Positions 9,904 to 18,174 of a DNA stretch of 37,781 nucleotides are shown here, one piece after another. Both the position numbers and the translations under genes were made by a program. The DNA lies in assembly GCA_035561335.1 (NCBI GenBank), contig DATMXV010000303.1, positions 1 to 37,781 of the forward strand, in the 5' to 3' direction. Numbering within the stretch: position 1 is the first letter of the stretch; every line of letters starts with the position of its first letter. The stretch is from Desulfitobacteriaceae bacterium (GTDB taxonomy: Bacteria; Bacillota; Desulfitobacteriia; Desulfitobacteriales; Desulfitobacteriaceae). A model generated the notes under the pieces. The model saw only the letters and a program-made list of their open reading frames with translations. It had not been told where the DNA came from and searched no databases.

Positions 9904-10609
9904 TTTCAGTGAAACCGGACAAGTACGCAAAAACAATGAGGATGCTTTTCTCGTCCTGTCAGGATGCGGATTGTTTGCTGTAGCTGATGGTATGGGGGGC
10001 CACAAAGCCGGTGAGATTGCCTCCGCTACTGCCATCAGAGAAATAGAAAAACTAGCCGTTGAACTCCAGGAAATTGCCAATGATAAGCTGGAACCCTGGT
10101 TAAAAGAAGCCATTGCCCAGGCGAATAATGTAATTTACGAAACAGCGGTACTGTATCCGGAAAACCAGGGTATGGGAACAACCCTGACTATGCTGGTGCT
10201 GAGACAGACCCGGGGCTTTGTCGCTCATATTGGCGACAGCAGGGCTTATCTATGGCGGGATGGAGGATTGCTCAGGTTAACGGATGACCATTCCCTGGCG
10301 GAAGAATTAGTGCGTATGGGCCAGATTACTGTTGAGGAAGCAGAAAAACACCCTCAAAAGCATGTCTTGATGAGGGCTTTGGGGACTTCCAGGAATATTG
10401 AGATAGATTACCGGACATGTGATTTACGGCCTGGTGATGTTTTTCTGCTTTGTACTGATGGGCTTTCCAACCTCGTAAGTGATGAAGAACTTGCCGAAAA
10501 ATTCAGGCGGCCGGAATCCTGGGAAGACCGTTTTGAAAGGTTAAAGGTACTTGTCCTGGAACGGGGGGCCCCAGATAATTTTACAGCTTTATGCTGTATA
10601 ATGGAGTAA
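9890..10609 (+). CDS. prpC: PP2C-family Ser/Thr protein phosphatase
   Basis: Contains the EDAF, ADGMGGH, GTT and DGL PP2C motifs. It overlaps the upstream gene by 14 nt. Confidence 0.9.
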   Translation: MRVLSFSETGQVRKNNEDAFLVLSGCGLFAVADGMGGHKAGEIASATAIREIEKLAVELQEIANDKLEPWLKEAIAQANNVIYETAVLYPENQGMGTTLTMLVLRQTRGFVAHIGDSRAYLWRDGGLLRLTDDHSLAEELVRMGQITVEEAEKHPQKHVLMRALGTSRNIEIDYRTCDLRPGDVFLLCTDGLSNLVSDEELAEKFRRPESWEDRFERLKVLVLERGAPDNFTALCCIME

Positions 10610-10610
10610 T

Positions 10611-11897
10611 GTGATGATAAGTCGTTTGCTGACACGGGTTCTGATTATTCCTATCTTATGGACAGGACTTCTTTTAATGAAAGCTGACGGAAAAACAGAC
10701 AAGCAGCTTCTTTGGCAGGCCCTTATTTTTTCAGCGATTTTGCTTATCGGCTGTTTATTGGAGCAATTGTTCCATTATCAGGGTGATCCCTATTTAATAG
10801 CGGTTGTCGAGGTTATCCTTGCCATAGGACTGGTTTTTCTTGTAAGAATTGATCCGGATTTAGCTTTACGTCAGTTTTGGTGGGCAAACCTGGGACTTAT
10901 TGTTTTCTATGGAGTGCTTTTTGGCCTGCGTAATTATCGGCTGCTGGGATCTTTTCGCTATTTATGGGGTCTGCTGGCAGTAGTTCTGCTGTTGGTAACG
11001 TTTTTGTTCGGAGTAACCCGCGGAGGGGCTACCAGTTGGTTTGGCATCGGAGGATTCACTGTTGAACCAGAGGAGTTTGTGAAGCTGGCTTTATTATTAT
11101 TCCTGGCCTCCTACTTGGGGGAACATCAGGAAATTTTACGGGTAGGTACAAGACAATTCGGCAGATTTTCTTTGCCTGACTGGCATACATTAGGACCTTT
11201 TGTGCTGATGGCAGTTTTCATACTTGGCCTTTTGGCAGCTCAGAAAAGCCTGGGGACCGCTTTAGTGTTCTGTTCATTGTTTATTTTATTACTGTATGTA
11301 GTAACTGAAAGGTCCCTTTATCTGGGTTTGTCGCTACCGCTGTTAATCATTACCTTTGTTGCGGGATATTTTCTTTTTGATCATGTACGTTTAAGAGTAA
11401 AGGTATGGTTGGATCCCTGGCAAGACCCTACCGGCGGCGGCTATCAAATTGCCCAGTCTTTGTTTGCGATTGGGGGAGGGAAAATTTTCGGTACCGGATT
11501 TGGTAATGGGATCGGAGCTGCCCAGGTCCCCACTGCGAGTACAGATTTTATTTTCTCGGTTATTGCCGAAGAACTGGGTTTCACAGGAGCAATGGCTTTG
11601 CTCTGCTTTTTCCTGATTTTAGTTATGCGGGCCTTTGTAATAAGTTTTAAAGCCCCGGACAGGTTCGGCCAGATTATTGCTGCCGGAATTGGGATTTTGC
11701 TGGGAACGGAAACAATGATTATTCTTGCCGGAGTAACCAAACTTTTGCCTTTAACCGGGATACCGCTGCCTTGGGTCAGTTATGGGGGAAGCTCGCTTTC
11801 GGTACATTTTTTACTGCTTGGTTTGTTGGCTAATATTTCCCAGTCGGCCGAGGAAAGCGCTCAACGGAAAAAAAGAGGAAGGGAGTATGCTGCATGA
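10611..11897 (+). CDS. FtsW/RodA/SpoVE-family peptidoglycan polymerase (SEDS)
   Basis: Multi-pass membrane protein with SEDS-like conserved stretches (GGGYQIAQS, TDFIFSVIAEELG, PLTGIPLPWVSYGGSS). Confidence 0.88.
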   Translation: MMISRLLTRVLIIPILWTGLLLMKADGKTDKQLLWQALIFSAILLIGCLLEQLFHYQGDPYLIAVVEVILAIGLVFLVRIDPDLALRQFWWANLGLIVFYGVLFGLRNYRLLGSFRYLWGLLAVVLLLVTFLFGVTRGGATSWFGIGGFTVEPEEFVKLALLLFLASYLGEHQEILRVGTRQFGRFSLPDWHTLGPFVLMAVFILGLLAAQKSLGTALVFCSLFILLLYVVTERSLYLGLSLPLLIITFVAGYFLFDHVRLRVKVWLDPWQDPTGGGYQIAQSLFAIGGGKIFGTGFGNGIGAAQVPTASTDFIFSVIAEELGFTGAMALLCFFLILVMRAFVISFKAPDRFGQIIAAGIGILLGTETMIILAGVTKLLPLTGIPLPWVSYGGSSLSVHFLLLGLLANISQSAEESAQRKKRGREYAA

Positions 11898-13306
11898 ACC
11901 GCGGGTTACGTCAAGTGGCTGTGGGTTTTGCCTTGTGTTTCTTCCTGTTAAGTCTGGGTTTGGTTTACTGGCAGGTTATCGAGTCTGATTCTCTTCTGGA
12001 AAATCCTACTAACCGTCGCTTAATCAGGATGGAAGAACGGGTGCTCAGGGGAGGAATTTTTGACCGTAATGGCGAAGTACTAGCACAAACAACAACTAAT
12101 TCCGGGAAAAGGCTTCGTGTCTATCCTAAAGGTGAGATGATGGAACCCTTGCTTGGTTATGCCACGCTAATGCATGGTTCGGCAGGATTGGAAGGGAGTT
12201 TATCCGACTGGCTTTTGGGATTGAAAAATGCGTCTCCCATTCAAATAATTCAACAAGCCCTGGCGCTTCCCCGGCAAGGTGATGATGTTGTCCTTACCAT
12301 TGACGGATCTTTACAACAAGCGGCTTATGAAGGGCTGAAAGGAAAAACAGGTTCTGCGGTTGCTGTTAACCCTAAAACCGGGGAGGTCCTGGCGTTAGTC
12401 AGTCAGCCAAGTTTTAACCCTGAAGACCTTGATAATAATTGGCAGGAAATAGTAGCCAGACCTAACAGCCCGCTTGTCAATCATGCCTTTTCTTTATTTC
12501 CGCCGGGTTCGACAATGAAAGTAGTTACTTCCCTGGCGATAATCCGTTCAGGCTTGAATACAACTGATCTTTATGAGTGTACCGGGTCAACCATAATTAA
12601 CGGGCAGGAAATCAATGATGACAGGGTTCATGGCTGGGTTAATTTTAATACTGCTTTGGCTGACTCTTGTAATACTTATTTTGCTACTTATGCCATGCAG
12701 GCCGGCGATCAAAATTTTTTGGCGGCGACCAGGGCTTTTGGTTTTGGTCAAATAATTCCCTTTGAATTGCCTGTCCCAAAAAGTTCGATTCTTAATCAAG
12801 AGCCAAATCCAAAACAATTGGATACTAATTTTTTATCGGCTAGTGCCTTTGGTCAGGGTCAGGTTCTGACAAGTCCCATGCATATGGCTTTAATTGCTGC
12901 GGGTATTGCGAATAACGGGGTTATCATGACTCCTCACCTTGTGCAAAGAGTTTTGGACTCTGAACAAAACCTTTTATATGTGTTTCCAAACAAGCCGTGG
13001 TTAACTGCTTTATCATCTGAGGAAGCCGCAAAAATTAAAAGCGCCATGATTACGGCTGTTAATTCCGGGACAGCATATCAAAGCGCTTTAGCGGATGTGC
13101 AGGTAGCGGCGAAGACGGGTACGGCTGAACCAGGCACAAATATGGGAACACATGCCTGGTTTATAGCTTTTGCCCCGGCAGAAGACCCGCAAATTGCCGT
13201 TGCCGTTCTTGTGGAGAATGGTGGTATTGGGGGGGGAGTAGCTGCCCCTATTGCCCGGGATTTGATTGACAAAGCTCTTAGTCGGAAAGTAGGAGACAAC
13301 AAATGA
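11894..13306 (+). CDS. Class B penicillin-binding protein (D,D-transpeptidase, PbpA-like)
   Basis: Has an N-terminal anchor and the STMK, SCN and KTGT transpeptidase motifs. Its ATG overlaps the upstream TGA. Confidence 0.9.
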   Translation: MNRGLRQVAVGFALCFFLLSLGLVYWQVIESDSLLENPTNRRLIRMEERVLRGGIFDRNGEVLAQTTTNSGKRLRVYPKGEMMEPLLGYATLMHGSAGLEGSLSDWLLGLKNASPIQIIQQALALPRQGDDVVLTIDGSLQQAAYEGLKGKTGSAVAVNPKTGEVLALVSQPSFNPEDLDNNWQEIVARPNSPLVNHAFSLFPPGSTMKVVTSLAIIRSGLNTTDLYECTGSTIINGQEINDDRVHGWVNFNTALADSCNTYFATYAMQAGDQNFLAATRAFGFGQIIPFELPVPKSSILNQEPNPKQLDTNFLSASAFGQGQVLTSPMHMALIAAGIANNGVIMTPHLVQRVLDSEQNLLYVFPNKPWLTALSSEEAAKIKSAMITAVNSGTAYQSALADVQVAAKTGTAEPGTNMGTHAWFIAFAPAEDPQIAVAVLVENGGIGGGVAAPIARDLIDKALSRKVGDNK

Positions 13307-15222
13307 GCAAAATTTTTGGTGATCGTTATGAGGTTATTGAAAAAATCGGCGCCGGTGGGATGGCCATTGTTTATAAAGCTAAGGATCTTTTACTTAACAG
13401 GGTTGTTACCATTAAAGTACTAAGGGACCAATTTGTAACTGATGACGATTTTATCCGGCGTTTTCGCCGGGAAGCACAGTCTGCTGCCAGCTTGTCTCAT
13501 CCTAATATTGTTTCTATTTATGATGTGGGAAAAGACGGCGATCTGGAATATATTGTCATGGAATATATCGAAGGACGTAATCTCAAGGAGATTATCCGGG
13601 AATTTGCTCCCTTAACTACGGAACAGACCCTCAATTTGGCCAGACAGTTAGGGGAGGCTCTGAGTCACGCTCACGAGCATAATATTATCCATAGGGATAT
13701 CAAACCCCAAAATATTCTGATAACTGAAGACGGCCGGGCTAAAGTTACTGATTTTGGGATAGCCCGGGCAGTTTCTGCGGCAACTGTGACCCATACAGGT
13801 GATATTGTTGGCTCAGTTCATTATTTGTCCCCGGAGCAGGCTAAAGGTATTTTGAGCAATGAACAATCGGATATTTATTCTTTGGGCATAATTATTTATG
13901 AAATGTTAACCGGGAAAGTCCCCTATGACGGAGAGACGCCCATAGCCATAGCCCTGAAGCATTTACAGGAACAGCCTGTACCTCCCGGCAAGCTGAACCC
14001 CCGGATTGAACCGGAGTTAGAGGTTGTAGTGATGAAGGCTATTTCCAAGTCGCCTGAAACCCGTTACGCCAGTGTGAGGGAGCTTCTTGAAGATCTGCAA
14101 AAAGTTCAGGCCGGGGATAAAGTCAACCGGGTGCCGGATCAGAATTCTCCTGATAATGACGCTACTCAAATCCATAAATCCCTGGCGCAGGAGGTTAACG
14201 CCGCAACTGCTTCCCAAGGATTAAACCCTGCGCTTAAAGGAATAAAAACTTGGTCCAAGCGAAAACGGCTGCTGGTTGGGGCCGGGTTAATTTGCCTTCT
14301 TCTTCTCTTGGTCGGTGGTGTTCGGTTTTACAGATATATAACGGTTGCCGAGACCACCGTACCTGATCTGACGGGTCTTAAAATTGATGTAGCTACGGTT
14401 ATGCTTAAAAATAATAAGTTGGATTTAGACCCTGATAAAACAACCTATGAATTTAGCGATAGTATCGATAAAGACTTGATTATACTTCAGGATCCTGACC
14501 CCAATTCGAAGGTAAAAGTTGGCAGTTTGGTTTCGGTTGTTGTAAGTAAAGGACAGGAATTTTTAGAATTCCCTGATCTGACAAAAGATAACATGACTGA
14601 GGAAAATGCGCGTGCTTTGCTCAAACAGCTTGGATTTACCGGAAAGATTACCACTACGGAAGAGTTCAGTCCTACTGTCCCCAAAGGATCGGTTGTTGGG
14701 CAAGATCCTGCTCCTCTGTCTTCATGGACCAGAAACGGAGATATAGAATTAATAATCAGCAAAGGCCCGGAGTATGTCAACATTAATATGCCGAATGTTG
14801 TCGCCAAGGGGTCTGCGGAAGCCAAGACTCTGTTGGAACAAAATAAACTGGTTGTGGTAATGGAAAATGAAAGCTCCAAAGATTATCCCAAAGATGTGGT
14901 AATAAGAACCGATCCCCTTCCCGGTACTTCTGTCAAACAGGGTACTGAAGTGAAAATTTACGTCTCCGAGGGACCGGGACCGGCTGCGAAAATATTGGAA
15001 AAGGATATTATATTTACATTGCTTAAACGCAATGTGCCCAATGACGGAAAGGCGCATAATGTTTCCATAAAAATTAATGATTATCGCGGCTGGAGGGAAG
15101 TATGGCAGAAATCTTATATTTTTGGAGATACTTCAGGGATTGAAGATATCCCCTATTATTCACCGTCTACCTTACAGATTGTTGTCGATGGCAAAGTGGA
15201 ATATGAGCGAAAAATTACTTAA
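13303..15222 (+). CDS. prkC: Ser/Thr protein kinase with extracellular PASTA repeats
   Basis: Has Hanks kinase motifs (GAGGMAIVYKA, HRDIKPQN, DFG), a TM segment near residue 330 and repeated PASTA-like modules. It overlaps the upstream gene through ATGA. Confidence 0.93.
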   Translation: MSKIFGDRYEVIEKIGAGGMAIVYKAKDLLLNRVVTIKVLRDQFVTDDDFIRRFRREAQSAASLSHPNIVSIYDVGKDGDLEYIVMEYIEGRNLKEIIREFAPLTTEQTLNLARQLGEALSHAHEHNIIHRDIKPQNILITEDGRAKVTDFGIARAVSAATVTHTGDIVGSVHYLSPEQAKGILSNEQSDIYSLGIIIYEMLTGKVPYDGETPIAIALKHLQEQPVPPGKLNPRIEPELEVVVMKAISKSPETRYASVRELLEDLQKVQAGDKVNRVPDQNSPDNDATQIHKSLAQEVNAATASQGLNPALKGIKTWSKRKRLLVGAGLICLLLLLVGGVRFYRYITVAETTVPDLTGLKIDVATVMLKNNKLDLDPDKTTYEFSDSIDKDLIILQDPDPNSKVKVGSLVSVVVSKGQEFLEFPDLTKDNMTEENARALLKQLGFTGKITTTEEFSPTVPKGSVVGQDPAPLSSWTRNGDIELIISKGPEYVNINMPNVVAKGSAEAKTLLEQNKLVVVMENESSKDYPKDVVIRTDPLPGTSVKQGTEVKIYVSEGPGPAAKILEKDIIFTLLKRNVPNDGKAHNVSIKINDYRGWREVWQKSYIFGDTSGIEDIPYYSPSTLQIVVDGKVEYERKIT

Positions 15223-15238
15223 TTGAAAAGAGGTAGAA

Positions 15239-16117
15239 ATGATCCAAGGTATCATATTAAAGGGCTATAGCGGCTTTTATTATGTCTTTGCTCAAGACCG
15301 AGTATGGGAGTGTTCCCTGCGCGGTCGCTTTCGTATTCAGGCTCAGGATTTTTTTCCCGGTGACCGGGTTGAAATCCTGCCGGCAGCCGGAGGTAAAGCT
15401 TCAATTGAAAAAGTTGAACCAAGACGTAATATTCTGATCCGCCCTCCGATAGTTAATGTCGACCAGGCTTTGCTGGTATTTGCCCGGACTTCGCCGGATC
15501 CTGATTACAATTTCCTGGACCGGCTGCTTATTCAGGTAAGTGAGGCTGCCGTTAAGCCTGTACTGGTTGTAACCAAGCTTGATTTGCTAAGTGAAGACAT
15601 AGAGAAGAGCGAAGATCTATTTGCTTATTATCAGAAAATCGGTTACGAAGTTTATCGGGTTTCCAATATTAATGGACAAGGAATTGAGGAGGTCAGTGAT
15701 TGTTTAACGGGAAAGATAAGTGTACTTGCCGGGCAATCCGGAGTAGGCAAATCGAGTTTATTAAATGCCCTCTGTCCTGACTTCAAACTCAAGACAGGCA
15801 AGGTCAGCAATAAAATTTTCCGTGGCCGTCATACAACCAGACATGTTGAGCTGATGGTCTGTGCCGGAGGTTTGGTTGCTGATACTCCAGGTTTTTCTTC
15901 GCTGTATTTGCCGAAAATAAAAAAAGAAGATTTGGCGGGTTATTTTCCTGAGTTTGAGTCTTATCAGGGCTGCTGCCGTTTCAGCAGTTGTCTTCATAAT
16001 AAGGAACCCGACTGCGCAGTCAAGGAGGCTGTCAGGACTAAAGAGATTTTAGCGCAAAGATATGAACATTATTTACTTTTTTTACAGGAATTAATTATTA
16101 ACGAGAGGAGATATTAA
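15239..16117 (+). CDS. rsgA: Ribosome small-subunit biogenesis GTPase RsgA
   Basis: Circularly permuted GTPase motifs (TKLDL, GQSGVGKSSLLN) and a C-terminal zinc cluster (CRFSSCLHNKEPDC). Confidence 0.93.
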   Translation: MIQGIILKGYSGFYYVFAQDRVWECSLRGRFRIQAQDFFPGDRVEILPAAGGKASIEKVEPRRNILIRPPIVNVDQALLVFARTSPDPDYNFLDRLLIQVSEAAVKPVLVVTKLDLLSEDIEKSEDLFAYYQKIGYEVYRVSNINGQGIEEVSDCLTGKISVLAGQSGVGKSSLLNALCPDFKLKTGKVSNKIFRGRHTTRHVELMVCAGGLVADTPGFSSLYLPKIKKEDLAGYFPEFESYQGCCRFSSCLHNKEPDCAVKEAVRTKEILAQRYEHYLLFLQELIINERRY

Positions 16118-16118
16118 T

Positions 16119-16790
16119 GTGATCAGGGTGGCGCCCTCTATTTTATCTGCTGATTTTTCCCGGCTTGGGGAAGAAATCAGGACTGTGGAAAAAGCAGGTG
16201 CTGATATACTCCATATAGATGTTATGGATGGTCATTTTGTTCCCAATATTACCTTGGGGCCGGCGTTGGTAAAATCTTTGCGTCCGCATACCGGGATGCA
16301 GTTTGATGTTCATCTGATGATTGAGGAACCGGAACGTTTTATTGAAGAATTTGCCGCGGCCGGAGCAGATCATATTACTGTCCATCTGGAAGCAACCCGG
16401 CATATCCATAGGGTTATTCAACAAATTAAAGCCTTGGGGATTACCGCAGGCGTGGCCCTCAATCCCGCAACTCCCCTGGACGGACTGAAATATATTCTGG
16501 AAGATTTGGATATGGTATTATTAATGACTGTTAATCCCGGTTTTGGAGGGCAAAAGTTTATCCCCAATGTCTTGCCTAAAATTAAAACTTTGCATCGGCA
16601 TTTGGATCAGATGCAATTTTCCTGTCAAATTGAAGTTGATGGCGGGATTCAAATTGGAACTGTTCCGGCAGTTGTTAAAGCAGGTGCGGAAATCCTGGTA
16701 GCCGGGGCGGCTGTTTTTTCCCAAACGGATCCTTCCCGGGCTTTATTGGAACTATCGGCGCTGATAAATAATCTGGATAAGGGCAAATAG
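16119..16790 (+). CDS. rpe: Ribulose-phosphate 3-epimerase
   Basis: Family signatures PSILSADF, HIDVMDGHFVPN and MTVNPGFGGQ are present. The start is GTG. Confidence 0.95.
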   Translation: MIRVAPSILSADFSRLGEEIRTVEKAGADILHIDVMDGHFVPNITLGPALVKSLRPHTGMQFDVHLMIEEPERFIEEFAAAGADHITVHLEATRHIHRVIQQIKALGITAGVALNPATPLDGLKYILEDLDMVLLMTVNPGFGGQKFIPNVLPKIKTLHRHLDQMQFSCQIEVDGGIQIGTVPAVVKAGAEILVAGAAVFSQTDPSRALLELSALINNLDKGK

Positions 16791-16807
16791 TATATATACC
16801 AGGTAGA

Positions 16808-17035
16808 CCCTCACGCCGCTACGCAACACCATCAGAAGGATGAAAATTAAACGTAGGGAGATCCAAGTGCTAAGAGAACCGATTTCGCGAAGGAGCGTAA
16901 GCGAACGAAACGGAGCAGCGTTAAGAAGTGCCACGGGTTTACATTCAGGCTAACCCAGAGGTTTGGCACTTTAGCTGCGTAGTGGAGTGAGCAGCTCCGC
17001 AGCGATGGTGAACGTGCACTTGTATCTCCCGGAGT
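16808..17035 (+). repeat. Unclassified ~230-nt repeat element, copy A (between rpe and thiN)
   Basis: It aligns end to end with 28801-29030, at roughly 90% identity by hand alignment. It is flanked by the direct repeat GGTAGA (16802-16807 and 17036-17041). Confidence 0.9.
16856..17030 (+). ncRNA. Candidate structured RNA core of copy A (class unknown)
   Basis: A closing helix pairs 16856-16870 with 17016-17030. Hairpin 16879-16913 carries a GUAA tetraloop. Hairpin 2 pairs 16926-16932 with 16965-16971. Hairpin 3 pairs 16974-16979 with 16998-17003. The G16979-C16998 pair becomes A-U in copy B. Confidence 0.5.
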
Positions 17036-17114
17036 GGTAGATATTTAATGATGCAAGAATATAATTAATGTAGATTAAGAATATATTTGTCTACGTTTTG
17101 AGGAGCAGGTAAAG

Positions 17115-17759
17115 TTGAAGATTGCGGTGTTGGTTAACGGTACATGGGATAGTGAATGGGGTAAGAAAGAATTAGACAATGTGGGGTTTCTTGTCTGTGC
17201 AGACGGCGGAGGAAATTCGGCCCTGCTTTCCGGCCGGCTGCCTGATGTCTTAATAGGGGATTTAGATTCAATAACACCTGCAAATTTAATAAAATGCATT
17301 CAAGGCGGAACAAAAATTATCCGTTATCCAAAAGAGAAAGATCAGACAGATTTGGAGCTGGCCTTGGATTATACCAGATTTCAGGCGCCGGTAGAGTATT
17401 TGAAAAGTGATATTTGGTTATATGGCGCTACGGGGGGAAGGATAGACCATCTTTTGGGAAATATTGCACTTTTGTTGGCTTATGCCCGGCGGGGCAGAAA
17501 GATTATCCTGAAAGACCCGGAACATATAATATGGATTATTCAGAAACAGGAAATTATTTTTGGTAAAAAAGGCCAGGAGATATCTCTCTTTGCCTTAACA
17601 GAAAAGGCAGTTGTGACAACTGAGGGTTTTTATTATCCCTTGAAGTATGAAAATTTATTTCAGGATTCTACCAGGGGTATAAGTAATATTTTCCTGGATA
17701 CTGAAGGGTATGTGAGGGTTGATGAAGGCTGGGTACTGGCAATAATGCATAATTCATAA
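17115..17759 (+). CDS. thiN: Thiamine pyrophosphokinase
   Basis: Contains the CADGG, GDLDS, KDQTDLELAL and GGRIDH motifs. TTG start with the RBS GAGGAG 9 nt upstream. Confidence 0.88.
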   Translation: MKIAVLVNGTWDSEWGKKELDNVGFLVCADGGGNSALLSGRLPDVLIGDLDSITPANLIKCIQGGTKIIRYPKEKDQTDLELALDYTRFQAPVEYLKSDIWLYGATGGRIDHLLGNIALLLAYARRGRKIILKDPEHIIWIIQKQEIIFGKKGQEISLFALTEKAVVTTEGFYYPLKYENLFQDSTRGISNIFLDTEGYVRVDEGWVLAIMHNS

Positions 17760-17943
17760 TGCACAATGCTTAATTAAGCTAAAGAGAATTTCAATAGTTT
17801 CTATGTGAAGAAAGCGTTTTGAAGGTACTCTTCTACAAAAATGATAAACAACTAATACTGACTATTGGAAGTCAAATACTACTTTGACAGTGGAGTTATT
17901 ATGTATTTTTATTATTGTTTGACGCTTAGAATTACAAATGAAA

Positions 17944-17970
17944 AAAAGCCCGACTGAAGCGGACTCTTTG
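17944..17970 (-). terminator. Probable rho-independent terminator of rpmB
   Basis: On the minus strand a GC-containing hairpin (AGUCCG...CGGGCU) is followed by U7, just downstream of the rpmB stop. Confidence 0.55.
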
Positions 17971-17982
17971 ACTCATAAATGA

Positions 17983-18174
17983 TTAAACAGCGCGTTGAAC
18001 TTTACCGGAACGTAAACATCTGGTGCATACCTTGAGTCTGGTTGGCGCGCCTTTTACAAGGGCGCGGACCCGTTGCAGATTCGGTTTCCAGGTTCTTTTA
18101 GTTCGAATATGAGAATGGCTTACCTGCATTCCGGTACGAACTCCTTTGCCGCATATATCACATACATTAGCCAT
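17983..18174 (-). CDS. rpmB: 50S ribosomal protein L28
   Basis: [34 protein letters not shown]... matches L28. The RBS AAGGAGG precedes ATG at 18174. The track ORF to 18261 is an upstream over-extension. Confidence 0.95.
   Translation of the reverse strand: MANVCDICGKGVRTGMQVSHSHIRTKRTWKPNLQRVRALVKGAPTRLKVCTRCLRSGKVQRAV

Noticed and set aside
16797-16805. TACCAGGTA palindrome at the left junction of copy A, which resembles the core of the FapR operator.
   Set aside because: Only the 9-nt core matches and the flanking arms do not. It lies after rpe and before a non-lipid gene, so chance is the likely explanation.
16752-16934. A minus-strand ORF (60 aa) inside repeat copy A, with a partner at 28776-29015 (79 aa). 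They share AAPFRSLTLLREIGSLSTWISLRL.
   Set aside because: The shared peptide only reflects the near-identical nucleotide sequence. The 1-nt indel between copies puts their N-terminal parts in different frames. The C-terminal parts run antisense into rpe and fabK and are unrelated. No RBS is visible. The G-U pairs and the GNRA loop favour the + strand.
16808-17035. The repeat as a known riboswitch or housekeeping RNA: TPP (it precedes thiN), cobalamin (GCCACUG in copy B), ydaO/c-di-AMP (GCUAACC and CGUAAGCG words), 6S, SRP or hammerhead (GAUGAAA).
   Set aside because: Only isolated short words match. The defining cores I remember are absent, for example CUGAGA...ACCUGAUCUGGAUAAUGCCAGCG for TPP, the B12 box, and the GGGGUGAAUC/ACGGGG elements of ydaO. 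The fold is a multi-branch junction rather than the single long irregular hairpin of 6S. The two copies precede functionally unrelated genes. This still needs a proper cmscan.
17901-17957. An 18-codon ORF (MYFYYCLTLRITNEKKPD) with a GGAG 5 nt upstream, in the thiN/rpmB convergent spacer.
   Set aside because: It is very short, overlaps the rpmB terminator and has no supporting conservation that I can assess. It is not reportable as a gene.
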